The notes under the pieces: model-generated
The model's input: only the letters and a program-made list of their open reading frames with translations
What the model was told of the DNA's origin: nothing
The model's database searches: none
Shown here: in pieces, positions 27,767-44,014 of the stretch
Layout of the letters: each line of letters starts with the position of its first letter
Numbering within the stretch: the first letter of the stretch is position 1
NCBI GenBank assembly: GCA_043228905.1
Contig: JBHGNT010000001.1
Span: 10,168,001 to 10,232,000, forward strand
Reading direction: 5' to 3'
Source: Azolla caroliniana
Lineage: Eukaryota > Plantae > Polypodiophyta
Length of the DNA: 64,000 bases
Position numbers and translations under genes: made by a program

Positions 27767-30700
27767 ATGGCGGCGGTGGCGGTCTTGTTGGCATTGGGGG
27801 TGATATTGGGTGGGATTGGTCGTGCCGCCATTGGTTGTGCGGACGGCCTCTCGGTGCGTGTCGAGGTGGACGGGCGGGCGGCCATCGGTGGCCGGACGGA
27901 CGAAACGGCCGAGACTTTCGTGTGTGCCACTCTCGACTGGTGGCCGCCTGACAAATGTGACTATGGGACCTGTAGCTGGGGCAACGCATCCCTCCTCAAC
28001 CTCGTAAGGCATTTCAACCCCAAAAAATTCACATAAGCATTTAAAAGTTTGAAATGAATAGGAGGAATTTTGAATTGATTTTGGATGTAATTCTCGAGTA
28101 ATTCATTTGTGCTTTGTTGTTTTTGGTTGAAAACAGAACCTATCCAGCGTTCTTCTTCAGAATGCTATCAAAGGTATTTGATCAAATGGATCAATTCATT
28201 CGTCTGAGTGTTAACAAAAGAAAAAGGCTTGAAAGTGTTACCTTTACATTACATGAACTTACCTACAATTTTTGTGACAATATTTGACACACTTAAGATG
28301 TTGGTTTCTACCCCCCTTGTAAGAAAGACCCTCATTTTGTTTTGTGTCCTTGTGGGTTCGGTTTTGGTGTCGTGATCCCGTAGCGTTTTCTCCTCTCAAG
28401 CTTAGGCTCGGGGGAACATTGCAAGACAATGTCGTGTACCATGTGGGCGAGAAAGCTGCGCCATGCCTCCCCTTCGTCAAGAACACTTCCCACATGTTCG
28501 GGTTCTCGGGAGGCTGTCTCCCGATGTGGCGATGGGACGAGCTAAACCGATTCTTCCAAAGTGTTGGGTGAGGGATTCCACACATATGCCATTGATAATT
28601 TGCCCTTTCATGGTTATTCTGTCAAATAGTATACATATATAAGTTCTAACCATGTGCACAAAGTAACACCTAACATAACACATGTATGCTAGGGCCGAGG
28701 TTGCATTCGGAATAAATGCATTATTTGGGAGGACCGGACCGAATCAATCTCAAGGACCATGGGATCCAACAAATGCGATGGACTTCATTCAATACACACA
28801 TGACATGGGTTATAAGATAAGCGCATGGGAATTCGGTAGACTACTAATTTATGCAATCTATGATCAATCACACCAAAAACTTCAATGGGCATGTTGTATA
28901 TTCATGGATCTTGTGTACTTTGTAATTTGTGGGGTGATAGGCAACGAGCTTTCGGGTTCTGGGGTAGGAACACAAGTACAAGCAAAGCAATATGCGACTG
29001 ATGTGATTGCACTGCGAAAGATTATAGAGGAAGTCTATAACAAGGATAATGAGATTCCACAATTGGTAGCCCCCGATGGATTCTTCGATGAGACATGGAC
29101 AAACAATTTCCTTCAAGCCACCATCGCAACAACCTCCTTATCAATCCCAACCATTGATGTTCTCTCTCACCACATTTATAACCTTGGTGCAGGTAATTTT
29201 GGCTTTTGGCTTTAGTACAAGTTACAACAATAACGCTTATTACTTTATTCATAATTTACCTTATCTTCCAAGCTACAAGAGTAAGTTCCATTACATTATT
29301 CATGTGTTGAACCATTGGGTTGTACTCTTTATGTGTGTGCATGTGCGCGGTTAACCTACCAACACATGATATATGTCCTTGGACAATGGCACTTTCCAAT
29401 ATAAATATATTTTTGTGATTTATTAGAGTAACGATGGAGCAATAATATTTGCATCCAATGTGAATATAAGGGTTCAAAGAACGTTGGTCTACTGAAGGAC
29501 TCTAGGGGTTCAAAGAACGTTGGTCCAACGAAAGACTAGATGCTAAAGTGTAAATAACATATCGTTTTAGAGAATCATGCAATCTTCATTAGTGTCTTGT
29601 GCTTGTTTTTAGCTATTACATTGGCAGATCAATACATCCATTGCTAGCTTATTTTCTTAATCCTAGTTTTCTTTCTTTCTTTCTTCCAGGGGTGGATACT
29701 AATTTGATGCAAAAGATTTTTGATCCTTCCTATTTGGATAAAGAAGCATCCACTTTTTCACTTGTAAAAGAAGTACTAGAAAAACATGGACATTCTGTAA
29801 GCCCTTGGGTTGGAGAATCTGGAGGGGCTTATAATAGTGGGCGTAACCTTATCACAAATGCTTTTGCTATGGGATTTTGGTAATGAGATACTCACAATCT
29901 TAAGATAAATGAAAATGGAAAAAGAAAAGAGGATCATTGTGTGGTGACAAATGTATAAAGGAAACTTGTGAATTGTGACATGATTATTTTCTAGGGGCAT
30001 CTTAGACCTCTAAGTAAAAGTGAATTGTAAAATATTGTAGGTATCTTGATCAACTTGGAATGTCTGCAACCTTTGGAACAAAATGTTATTGCCGACAATC
30101 TTTGATTGGTGGTAATTATGGACTCCTCAATACGACAACATATACTCCAAATCCGGATTACTATGGGTAAGTTTCCTAGACTTAATACTATATTGGCATT
30201 CCCAATTATGTGATGATTAACATGTCGTTCGTATTAGAATACCCCATTTCTTTTTTAATAGTTCAATGCCTTTGATTTTAGGGCACTTTTATGGCATCGT
30301 TTGATGGGCCCAAAAGTCTTAAAGACCAATGTCTCTGGATCACCATTTTTGCGAGCCTACACTCATTGCTCAAAAGGAAATGTAAGCGCAATCTTGTTTA
30401 TTTTTTAATCCATTCTTTAGTTTATGCAAGTATCTTGTGGTTGATAAGATCTTAGCCAAAACAATCAATGGGATGGCAACTAAATATACATAATATATTC
30501 TTAAGGTTTCCATTCATTTTTGTGTAGGATGGTATTACGATCATTTTCTTAAATCTTAACAACCAAACTGCCTACCATGTTGATCTTTCACTTCAACCCC
30601 CTTCTGCTGAAGCAACCATAAGAATGGAATATCATCTCACACCAGATGCGGGTGATCTTCACAGTCAAGTATCTTTACTAAATGGGATACCATTAATAGT

Positions 30701-30821
30701 GACTAATGAAGAAATACCTATTTTACTTCCCAAAATAGTGCCAAATGAAGAACCAATATTCATAAAGCCCTTGTCCTATGCTTTTATCTCTTTACCTACG
30801 ACACTACCAGCATGCTTATAA
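27767..30821 (+). CDS. Heparanase-like / beta-glucuronidase, glycoside hydrolase family 79
   Basis: Exons 27767-28003, 28137-28173, 28384-28567, 28693-28835, 28941-29192, 29690-29879, 30041-30166, 30282-30381 and 30528-30821. Signal peptide, CATLDWWPPDKCDYGTC.W, LRLGGTLQD, WEFGNE (acid/base), WVGESGGAYNSG (nucleophile), RQSLIGGNYGLL, PNPDYY. Confidence 0.95.
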
Positions 30822-30965
30822 AGATATTCCAAACCCATTTCTTCTTCATAAGAAGATTTTAACATTCAATTTGTAAATGCAAATAGATCCTCCACATCTA
30901 TGTTATATCATTTTGCTTCAAATGTTCATAGATCCCATTATGTGCATATTTTGTTCCAAATGTTC

Positions 30966-31016
<51 letters not shown>

Positions 31017-31902
31017 CAATTAATGTTTAGATGGGTGTCTATGTTGTTTGGAGATTGTGAGTTTGTGGGTTCAATACACCAATTTGCCATGGAGTCCAAG
31101 AAAAGGGGGTCAACGTTTGAACCCAAGACTTTGCATTGATAGCCTAATTGCGATATAATAAAATTCAGAACAAATAAAAGGGAGACATGGTGATGGAGAG
31201 AATGTCGACATCATATAAACATCCACCAAATTTCCCAAAAGGATCTATTTCGATAAATCAAGAGTAAAAATCAATGAATGATTATACTTGTGTTGAACTT
31301 GAACTTTGAAAAGTACATGGATATCACAAGGAGACCGTGATAAATAAAAGAGGTTTTGTGTCCCCAACGAAGTGAGGTGGAGTAGACACACTGTCTAATT
31401 ATTAGAAAACTTGCAAATGAGCTGTCTCCCCAAGCAACATACGAGCATAAAGCTAGCTAACATAATCTTCCACTAAAAGATGATGTCTTCTACTTTTAGT
31501 TTTTAAATCTTAACCATTCTTTAGAGAGATAACGTGAGCCTTTGGAGCATTTATCTTAGATATATTTGTAAGAATGTATGTACAAAGAGTTCTCATTTTT
31601 AAGTGCATTCTAGGGGATAATCACTCTTTAACTATGCAATTGTTAGTGTTTCAATTTTCAACCAAACTAGTTGCAACAAGAAAAAGCCATCACTTAATTA
31701 TATGTTCTTCTTACAAGAAATATGTGATGCTGTGTTGGAACTGATCAAATAATAACAGAGTATGTTCAAATAAATCAAACAAATATCAATTAAAAAAAAA
31801 CAAACTACAATGATAATCATATTAAGTGTCCTTTATTGAGAAAGAATTCCTTGAGATAAAGAAAAAACATCATAAGCCCAATATATTTTTGATAAACTCT
31901 TC

Positions 31903-33796
<1,894 letters not shown>

Positions 33797-36700
33797 ACCT
33801 GGTCAATGCAAAGCGATGACGAAGACGATGAGGAACTAATTACAAAACAGACAAGTTTATTATTATTATTACTACTATTCTTATTCAAGATCAATGACTA
33901 ATTATAAGGAAGAAAAAGGTATGGATTGAGGAGATGACCACCAAATTTCTAGTAATCTTTCGGAGGAATCTGATGATGGGTCAGAGGTGTTGGTTTTGAA
34001 GATGTAATGAATGGTGAGGAGACGGAGAATGAAGAAGAAGATGATGATGATGAAGATGATGATGAGCTTCTTCTTCTTCTTCAGACAGAAAGAAAGAAAA
34101 GAGCTTTGTTTTCAAGAAGACCTCAAAAAGGAGATAGCTAAAGGACCCACTGACATCCCCCGCCCAATCATTCATATGCAGTTGGGCAAAATGGAGATGG
34201 AAGAGAATCCCTCTCTTCTCTTCTCTTCTCTTCTCTATGTGCTCTGTGCTCGGGTCATGTATGTGTGTATGGCAAAGCCTCTCATAATACCCATAATACC
34301 CTTGCAAATTTTATCTTAATTCCATCAAATGCCCCTTAGGTTTCATTTTGTGTGGCTGTTTGTTTGATTAGACCCCGTTGTCCGGGTTCTAATCACGTAT
34401 TATTAGCTATGAGACCCAAATTAAGTGTGATGGCATGATAAGCAGCTCTCGATGCTTGACAATCTTACCGATGAACATTGCGATTGAGACTTAACACTCT
34501 AGTTGGTAGACAAATTTCACGAAGGATGGGCCCAGGTTGTGCCTTGTTATGATTGAACGTGGAGCACTCGAGTAGAGCATACCACTTAGATACACTGGCA
34601 TGTTGGGGGTTGAGAGTACAAGATGAAATAACACTTTAGGATTGGGTACAACATCTAAACGATGGAGGCGAGAAACCACTTATGATACAAGGGATAAGGC
34701 TTGTACCTAACCCATGGTGAGACATGCATAACAATGCCATTGGGCAATTATCTCTTATCCATGGGAGGTAAGATAAAAAAAGAAATGGTAATGAATAACA
34801 AGGAAAATATACTCTTAATGGTTTTGACACCTCTATCTTTCTTGATGGTGTAGTGAATCTTTCAGTGTAGTATGCTGAATTTTGCTTTTGTCATAATCAT
34901 CAGTTTTTGCTTATCTCTATGAAACGTTCTCGGATTTTCAAGCCAAAAAGTCCATTGCGATCCTATTTGATCATATAACACAAGATATTTAGTTTGTCAT
35001 AAATAGTTCTATATAGAAATTAAAATGGCATCGTACATCAAAAGTTCATGGAATCAATTCAAATACAACGATATAAAACTCTAATTAGTTGTCGTGTAAA
35101 CATGCATGCATGTGCTATCGAGTTGGAGCACAAGGGGCCTAAACTAGGGAGGAAATGATGTCGTGTGAGAAACTCTTCTCACCCCTTTGTAGGTTTCCTT
35201 GTATAGATTCTCTTTTATAGCATTCCATGGATTAACCTAAGGTTTTGTTGGCCTCGTGGCATGGAAAGTCGGGGATTAGGGCAAGGTGAATGCTCGATAA
35301 GACGAATGTTCAAGTGACTATGGGATTTGAGTGAGGCGAGGGTTCATTCGCCGGTTGCCGCGACTTTCCTCTCCCTTCTCCTCTCTCTTTCTCTTTCTCT
35401 CTCTCTCTCTCTCTACCAAGAACGCACTTAGGAGTGAATAATCACGAGATTAACTTTAATAAACTTCGATTAATACAATGTACACCATATTAAAGACCAA
35501 AATTGCAAATGATTACACAAGAAACAACTTTGAACGTTAGGGTTTACTAAATAATCAAAATGATTAAGTAAAATGGTGGTAATGGGATAAAACAGAATAA
35601 GCTTAATGGCCCAATGATGCAGTTCCAAGCTTAGTAGTATCGTTGAGGCAACCTTGACTATGTTCAACGACAATGGCTTTGGAGTTGAATTAGTGTTTGT
35701 GGGCCGCTTAAGATTCCACAATTGTGTGTTGAGCTTTCTACAAAACAGGGAAGTTGGAGGACAAGATAACCAACCACTCTTACACTCACACTCACCCACT
35801 CCCTAGCCCTAAGTTTTGAGTGATAAGACGAAGAAGGAAGAAACCTAAACTCTCATCAAAGAGTAATAAGAATCCCTAAAACTCAAAGTAGTAAAGAAAA
35901 TAGTAAGATGAAGAAACCATGCAAAACCCAAGTGGTCCATTCCAAAAACTCAAAATGAGCAACTCAAAATAAACCCTCTTCTCCTCTTTTTATAGAGAAA
36001 GAGGCTCCTCTGTTGAACATTAAATGCTTATCTACCCTTTTTACATTGAAAAATGGAAAAAAGGAATAGTTCCACTATATGATTTGACAAAGATTCAAAC
36101 TCTTCACTCTTTTGCCCACAAGGCTGTTTACTTACTATTATTTTTATTTTTACATATTCAAACTTCTAGTTTTATAGCTGGCCCCCTCCCCTCTCTTACC
36201 CGTTTTTTACCTTTAGACTTGCCACATCACGTCACTGTTAAGTGGAGTGGCTTATATGGCAATAATTAAGTAAAATAAAGTTTATGTGAAGTAAATGTGA
36301 GTGAATTTGGAAAGAACTATTTGAGCTTCTACCATCTAAATCCAAGAGAAAGGCGAACAATATTCATCATTAATGATCATACAAAACTCGTACTATGGGT
36401 GGCAACATTGTTAACCATTAGCACTACAACCCTATTAGAGAATGTCTATGTATACTCAAATGGAAGGCCACATCATGACAAAGGATGGAAGTTGTCGCTC
36501 CTGTAGCATAGGGAAATTGAACCCAAAGAACTTTGATTCACTTTTCTCACAACTCAAAATCGCCCTTTGAGTAAATGAATTCATTCATAGAACAAAGGAC
36601 CAGTACTATATGTTGGCAATATGCAAACTTTCTAGTCATACTTATTGGCTCTTTAGAGAGAGAAGGAGAGACAAAGAGTCGTGTCTTTAATGGATGGAAT

Positions 36701-36802
36701 GCAATATGCATAGCTTAGAGAGAAAGGGCTTTGTATTTGTCAAATATTTGTATTTTTATTAATTTTCAAAGATAAAAGAAAAAAAGGAAAAGTTTAACAT
36801 TG

Positions 36803-37137
36803 TACAATGGGCTACTAATAGGTTTTGAGGGGGTGTTAAGCAAAATCAGAATACTCTTAGTAGTACTCTTATACTAATAATGCCAAGAATGCATTCAAAC
36901 AAGGAAAAAAAACAAATTTTGGCATCAGCTAAACATTCAGACAATTTTTTGGTGATATTTCTTTAAATAATACAATGGGCTACTAATAGGTTTTGAGGGG
37001 GTGTTAGGCAAAATCAGAATACTCTTAGTAGTACTCTTATACTAATAATGCCAAGAATGCATTCAAACAAGGAAAAAAAACAAATTTTGGCATCAGCTAA
37101 ACATTCAGACAATTTTTTGGTGATATTTCTTTAAATA
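36803..37137. repeat. Near-perfect 168 bp tandem duplication
   Basis: tacaatgggctactaatagg...ttctttaaata starts at 36803 and at 36971. Confidence 0.95.
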
Positions 37138-38835
37138 GAAAAATGTTTCTAAGATAATATAATCAACCATGTGATTACACTTCTCTTGCTTGCCAGTTCA
37201 AAAGTGTTCATTCTTGTCTATAAGTGAGCCCTCACATTTAGGCATCTCAAACAAATGTGGTTGGTTCTATGATGACAAACAAAGTGTACGTATCTATTCT
37301 CTCCACATGCGGTCATAGGTAACCCTACAAAAATGTTTGTCGCAAATAACATTTTAGTACAAATTGATATTACAATATCACTTTTCTACTATTAACAAAC
37401 AATATTCATTAACATATCTATTTTATAGAATGTCGAAAGTATTTTGGAATAAACTCGCAACGAACATGCGAAAGTATTAATTTCATTGAGCTAATCAATA
37501 TTTAGAGAGGTAGTGCTAATAAAAGTTAAAACCATAGATCATAAATTTTGAACATATTTATCCAACTATAAGAAAAAACAAGGTCATTAGTTTTTATGAC
37601 AAACCTTGTCTTGTAACATGGTGGCTATTCTTACCTAGGAACCGAATGAAGACCTCCTTTTGTGTGTATGTACTATGTTAACTTTAAGATTACGAGGTTT
37701 AGAATGAGTTTTTAAAAGGTTTAGCTTCTTTAGATATTCTTGTCCAAAACTACTTCTTACTTGGGTATTCATCTTGGGAACTAACTTGACTTGGTGTCTA
37801 GGAATGTACCACCATCGACCAATGGAATGGAAAGAGGGAATTGGCTACTCTAGCTCATGCGGAATTGTGCAAGTATTTGTAAGGAGTATCTCAAATTGGC
37901 CGAAGATGAAAGTGTCTACCAAGTCCAGATGACCACATACCAAAATGATCGTGATGACAACACTAAAGGCTTCTACCCTCCATCTACTTGCACTTCCCTC
38001 TCATCATCCCCATCATACTCCTCCATATTGCTGTCAATTGTATGTACATAGTTGAATTATCAAAGGCATGCAAGAATTGGATGGTCTCCCAATGTGTATG
38101 TTGTGTGACCAGGAGGCATGGAACGTAAAAATACATCTCGCTCCAATTCTTGAGCTCTTATCTTGATCGTGAACTTCTCTCATGACCAAGCTTATACCAA
38201 TCAACCCAATCATCCATGTCATTATCTTCTTCCTCGGATGGTATAGTGACATGTACCTATAGGCTACATTATGTCAAGGGCAAAAAGAGTACCCAATTAT
38301 AAAATAAGAAACTATAACATAAATTATATTTACCATAGGCTGATGGATGCCTCGCCTATATGAGAAGCCAATCTAACATAAGTTTTCACTTTTCTAACAG
38401 GAGGGTTGCAAAATCGGAACTAAATGTCACGAGACCACCGTCTGTGGACAAGTGCACTTGGGCACATTTTTGTAAAGAGGTGCACTTAAATGTGCAATCC
38501 TCACAACAAAAGGTATGTCTCCTTGAATATTAATCATGTTAATTGTGTGAGTTTATTGTACATTATATGGTAGTATACTGTATCACTAACTTGGTGGGTT
38601 TGTGTCATAAAATAGGAAGCCGCCGCGGTTTGTGTACGCATGGGCCATGCTTCTCACCTGGGAAGCAGCAACATAAAAGTCCTTAAGACCCATTTTGTAA
38701 GTGTAAAATTGTGTTTGGAGTTTAAACTTTTAAAAAACATAAAATGAGAAGTAATCTTAATTCATGTTTTTTTTAGATGAAAGATTATGGGTGCTTACCT
38801 ACAATAGATGAGCAAAAAATAGTCATATACAAAGG

Positions 38836-39460
38836 CTACAAACTTTTGACAGACACGTATCCTTGTTTATTGTGAGAGAAATTTGTGCAAGGATTCGGTT
38901 TGGTCAAAGATGTGCATTGTATCAATGTGTGATACTCAGACTCCCGAACTTGTTTTGAGCAAAGTGTGCATAGTTGATCACTCTCATCACTCGTGCCCCA
39001 ACACCCCGTCTCACATCGCAATGGTGTGAGCTAAGCCCCATGGAATCAATGGTTCAGATGGCAGACAACGAGATGGGCTCTAACATGTATTGATGTGTAC
39101 AGTTTCCCCATTCAACAAAGTATATAGTTTTGTAGTTAGGTGCAACATGTGTAGTATAATGTATGAGGTGTCAGCCTCCACATTTTTTCCATGTCGTGAT
39201 ACATTGCGTTGCAAAAAGGCTTCATTTACAAAGGAATCTAGTGGTGCATGATGAAGCAAGTGTGTTGCATTCCATCTACCAAACCATTTTTCTATATCTT
39301 GCATCCAATCGAAACACAACATTTTGATTTTGTGCATCTTTTGGATATTTTTGTTTGCTTCCCGTTCGATTCTAGGAAGTCGATGTTAGGAACTTTTTTT
39401 GAAACTTGGGCATGTATTTGACAATCCTTTCTATGGCCATGATCTCAATGGGAAGTGATC
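38836..39460 (-). mobile_element. Non-LTR (RTE/L2-like) retrotransposon C-terminal fragment
   Basis: RCETGCW....QLCTLC....ESEYHTLIQC is a CCHC-type C-terminus. Homologous to 22440-22760. Confidence 0.7.
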
Positions 39461-40687
39461 CCGTCTCAAGTAGGAGGAGGGTATATGTTGTTTGTTTGTT
39501 TCTTAACTTATAGAAACACTTTAAGAAAATGCTTTGGACATTTTCAAACTCTTTCCAAGTAGGTTTAGGGATGCTACCATCCTATACTTCCACCCCTAGA
39601 GATGCATCAGGGTGCAACAAAGTGTCAAAAAAATGAGAGGGGGGTATCACTATTTATTTGCTAAAAATGTAGTCGTTTAAAGGCGCCGCTATGCTTTACA
39701 AGCAACACTCTAGGAAGCCCTGCTATATCAAATCAATTGGCTTATGATTAACATTACAAAATAAAATGGATGGCTGTAAAAGCAATGCAACTAAGACACT
39801 ACCCCACTTTTACATACAAGGGAAAACCAATACTATCGGTGCAAATATTTAAATATCATCATATTAATGTCTCATCAACATAAAAAAGGTGGAATGTATA
39901 CTATGATTCAATATGTTTGAGAACTAATGCTACAATAGTGGTATTTGACGATTGGATGTGAGATTGATGTTATTCAATGCAATGGTGATCCACGAGCTCT
40001 ATGGAGTGGAAATGTGGAGAGGTACTATCACATAATGCATGGAATGAAATAGAGAAAATCCGGATAGGGTAAAATCCTCAAAATCATATGCTGTGATGCT
40101 ATTAAAAAAACATGTGATCAGCTCATAAAGATACTAGGCATGCAAAGAGTATGAAAATATATCACAAAAGTCAAGAATATTCCCTATCCCAAAATACCAA
40201 AATGAATTGGAATATTGGATGCAAGGTATGAAAAACCAATGAGGGAAAATTCCTCTCATCTAGTTGGGTGTGTGGCATCATGAAATGATTTTAAAGATGG
40301 GGAGTAAAAATGTGGTGATTTGTAGCATATGATCATCAAGGACAGGTTACTAGACACACTAAGGATGAAGTGGCACAACGCTAAAATGTCCAATTTGGAA
40401 TACGACATTGCAAATGTTAACCCTTAATGTTGGACCCAAGACAAGATTAAATTGTGCAACGTATCAAACCGCATCTTACTACCCCCATGGGCCATAAGCC
40501 TTGTCTCTCAAAGAGCCTTAACATTTCTTTGAACTCACTCAAACAAATTAAGTGTTGAGGTAGCTTTATGTCATCATCACCCAAACATGAAAATGTGCAA
40601 GGTATGCAATGAAAACCTAGTGGAGGATGAATATCATTTACCTATTGCATGCTCAACATATAAGGTAATTTGCAAGAATTAGATGAT

Positions 40688-41532
40688 TGACAAGAACTAC
40701 ACGCTCCCTTTGAACAATGCTCGGCCACAACCGAGCCTAGAATAAAACACAGAAAACAGGGAATGAAACACAACACGATAGAGAGAAGAGTACACAGGAT
40801 GTTTACGTGGAAAACCCAAAACTCGAGAAAAAACCACGGCAGCCCACAGACCGCAAACTATCACTATGTCAGAATGTACAGTAAGAAAGCACCGAGGCCA
40901 CGACCTCGAGTTTTCTATCTTCGCCACAAGCGGCGGTTACAATCAGAGGCAACGACCTCTTCCTCTCTCTCACTCTCTCTGTACACTATTAGGCGCTCTC
41001 ACTTCTTGCACCAAGAAGAATGACAACAACACTTTCGCACTCTGTCTACAATTTTTTTTGCCCTAAGTCATATTTATACAAATATGACTTTTCGGCTATT
41101 TACAAATATAGCCACGATGGACTCTCAGAAACATATTTACGAATATGTTTCTTCATCCGGTGAGCACTCCTCACCGGGCCTGCATCATCCGGCGCTTGCC
41201 GGGTACTCGTCATTCGGTTCTCATCGGGTCCTCCGTTTCCGGGTACTCCTCATCCGATTCTCACCGGGTCTGCACAATCCGGCTCTCCGTAGCCGGGTAC
41301 TTGTCATCCGGTTCTCACCGGGTCTGCAACATCTGGCTCTCTGTAGCCGGGTACTCGTCATCCGGTTCTCACCGGGTCTACAACATCCGGCTCTCCGTAG
41401 CCGGGTACTCGTCATTCGGTTCTCACCGGGTCTTCCGTAGCTGGGTATTCCTCATCCGGTTTCGGCCGAGGCCGGTTTGCTCATCAATACTGTTCTTCTG
41501 ACTTCCCATCCAGAGGGACCTGTTTCCTAACA
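40688..41532 (-). mobile_element. Solo LTR of a Copia family related to the intact element at 51041-56428
   Basis: On the minus strand it reads TGTTAGG...TGTCA, with flanks ATGAT (40683-40687) and ATGAC (41533-41537). It shares ggtccctc.ggatggga, tatgacttagggcaaa, ttttccacgtaaa and ctcggttgtggccgagc with the Copia LTR. Confidence 0.9.
41160..41460. repeat. ~57 bp tandem repeats (~5 copies) inside the solo LTR U3
   Basis: Unit ccggctctccgtagccgggtactcgtcatccggttctcaccgggtctgcaacat. Confidence 0.9.
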
Positions 41533-41611
41533 ATGACTTGCTATACGGGCATGACAATGTGAGTCTCATCCTCAAATGTTCACCAAGCAAGGTGAACACA
41601 TATGTCCGTCT

Positions 41612-42142
41612 AATAGTTGGCAATGGTTCGGTTTGAATTGAATTGAACTGCGAAACTGTGGATTAATGGCTTAATGGTTTAAATGGTTTGCTTCAGGTTT
41701 AGGTTTTTTTAAACAGTTTGGTTCCGTTTCAACAATTAGAAATCGTAGTTTAAACAATTTAACGGTTTTCTTTTTGTAATTTTAAAGAAATTTTAAAATT
41801 TTGTTTTTAAAAAATCTTTTATTTTCAGGCCTTATTCTCACATTTTAAGAAAATCTTTAAAATTTTGAAAATTTAAAATAATGAATTATTTTATATTTTT
41901 AGAATTTTAAAATAATGAGTTATTTTAAATTTTAAAATTTGAATTTTGACCTAAAACGAAAACCGAAACTAAACCACACTCATGGTTTTAACGGTTTAAT
42001 GGTTCACATTTTTTTTAATGGTTCGGTTTAACGGTTTCCTGGTTCAGTTCGGTTTAACAGTTTCGTGGTTCGGTTCGGGTTTCAAAATTTCTAAACGGTT
42101 CGGTTTTGACACTCTCAAACTGAACCGAACCGTTGTTGATTG
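41612..42142. mobile_element. MITE-like element (hAT-type subterminal GGTTCGGTT motifs)
   Basis: Inverted ends caatggttcggtt (~41621) and aaccgaaccgttg (~42123-42135), many (c)ggtt motifs, and an AT-rich core. No clear TSD. Confidence 0.6.
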
Positions 42143-44014
42143 TTATGTTTGTCCATGTATTATTTTCACATAGAGAGTTTTTTCAACAGAGTATTAACCC
42201 ACCACCTTAGGAAGGAGGCATGTCTAAGATTAATGTTTTATTCAGTTGTGTAAATAAACGAGAGTGATTATGTGCAACAGAAGTGATATGTGTGTGTGTG
42301 TGAGAAGGCGAGAAATAGAGAGAGCTCGATATGTATAGAAAACGCAAGTAAAAACTGTATTAACAAGGAGCAGAAGACAAGAATAACCAACCAACTTACA
42401 AGGGGGGTGAGAGAGCACTTATATAGTCACCTTCCCACTATTCTCTTTCTACAACCACCACTTAACTAAAAGGAGGTGGAGTCTTAACTACACTGGATGT
42501 GTCATAGAACTATAAACACCGGGTCATTTAGAACATGTAATATGTCACATTCCTTTATTGATAAATACATGAGATGTCAAGAATTACAATATTTAAACAA
42601 ACTTTCAAGAATGTATCACACATGACTTTTAAAAACATCAATAAAAAACACAGTTAATATTATCAAGATTTCAAATCTAACCTATATTTTCTCAATTCAT
42701 ACACATAGCTAGACATTCGCTTGGATTACGAGAATGCTTTCAACTATCATTGTAATATGCTTCATTTTACATAATGTTGAATTTGAATCCAATTGAACAA
42801 TTTTAGAAACACAATTTTAATGCTATATTTCTCTCTAACTCCTATAAAGCTTGATATATTAAATGAGCAAATTGCATTTTTGGGTATAATTAGACACATA
42901 TTCACAAGTGAATATCACATTATATACCTCACATGCCCAAAAACTTCTACGAACATTATATCCCAATCATATATGAACAACCTAAATGTAAGATCAAGTG
43001 AGCAACAACGTTGACTTAATATTATTCTGTACACTCGAAACTAAATAACCAAGATTAAAGAGCTCAAAAATCCTAGAATAAAGCTAAATTCAATTATATT
43101 AACAAAGAAACAATTATAACCAACATTTGTCATACAATCGATAAGTTCATCATCATCTATTCAATAAAAATTATACTTAACAACCACATAGTTTACAAGT
43201 CAACCAATACAAATATATGATAGACAATTAAAGTTTGCAAACCAATCAGATAGTGTAAAGAAATGGTACTCAAACAAAATAATCTTATATTCCAAAACAA
43301 GTTTAGTGTTACAATTTTATAGTTACAAATACAAACTAATATACAATCACTCCATTATGAGGTCTAGAACAAGCTGCTCTCCAATAGTAGCTGACAATGG
43401 TGCTACATCAACATGTTCTGTCTCCTCAGTTGAATCTTGTATATGATCAGAACCCGGTGCATCTCAAGGTCGACAAGGTCCCGTCTTTCCTTGTCTATAG
43501 GTTCCATCGACTCTCTAGAGGCCATCTGAAACATCTCTGTTTTGTTGATATGCTTTGCCCCAACCCCTTGGTCCTGGTCGGGACAATACCAGATGCCTTG
43601 GATCCTCATCTTAATAAAATTGACTTGGTCGGTGTCCTTTTCTAATGCGACGCAGTTCCTAAACAGTTTAAGAGCACATGTAGTCGTCGTTCCAAATAAA
43701 CAATCACACATACAAAAGTAAGAAAACAGGACAAGAAATAATATTTCATTCTAAAAAATATTGATGAAACTTATGAGATTACCTATTCTAGAAAATAAGT
43801 CGAGAACCCAATCATCAGGGTTCGAGAATAACTCGACCAATCGATTAATCAATCGCTGGGGATTTTGATAAGGGTTTACTAAACTCTTATCGCCAGACAC
43901 GTGGCACAATTTCTTCATTACCGTTGGGCACATGGTATAGTTGACAATGTTGTCGTGGAGAAAACCGTCCCTAGGAGGAAACGAGAGAAACCGTGCACGA
44001 ACCGGCCCTTCCAT

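Larger units (their letters stand above)
39900..41610 (+). mobile_element. Degraded non-LTR retrotransposon ORF2 fragment, interrupted by the solo LTR
   Basis: LYGVEMW...WNEIEKI (~39997-40060) and VEDEYHL..AC..Y (40620-40662). The reading continues after the LTR at 41533. Confidence 0.55.

Noticed and set aside
34760-36240. Possible LTR remnant upstream of actin
   Set aside because: There are TATA and CT-rich hints, but no ends, TSD or second copy.
41160-41460. CRISPR-like regular repeats (also 12140-12628)
   Set aside because: These are head-to-tail units without unique spacers, in eukaryotic DNA with no cas genes.
42246-43400. Left terminus/TIR of the MTase-transposase unit
   Set aside because: No terminus can be identified, and the other end lies beyond the Gypsy insertion, outside the window.
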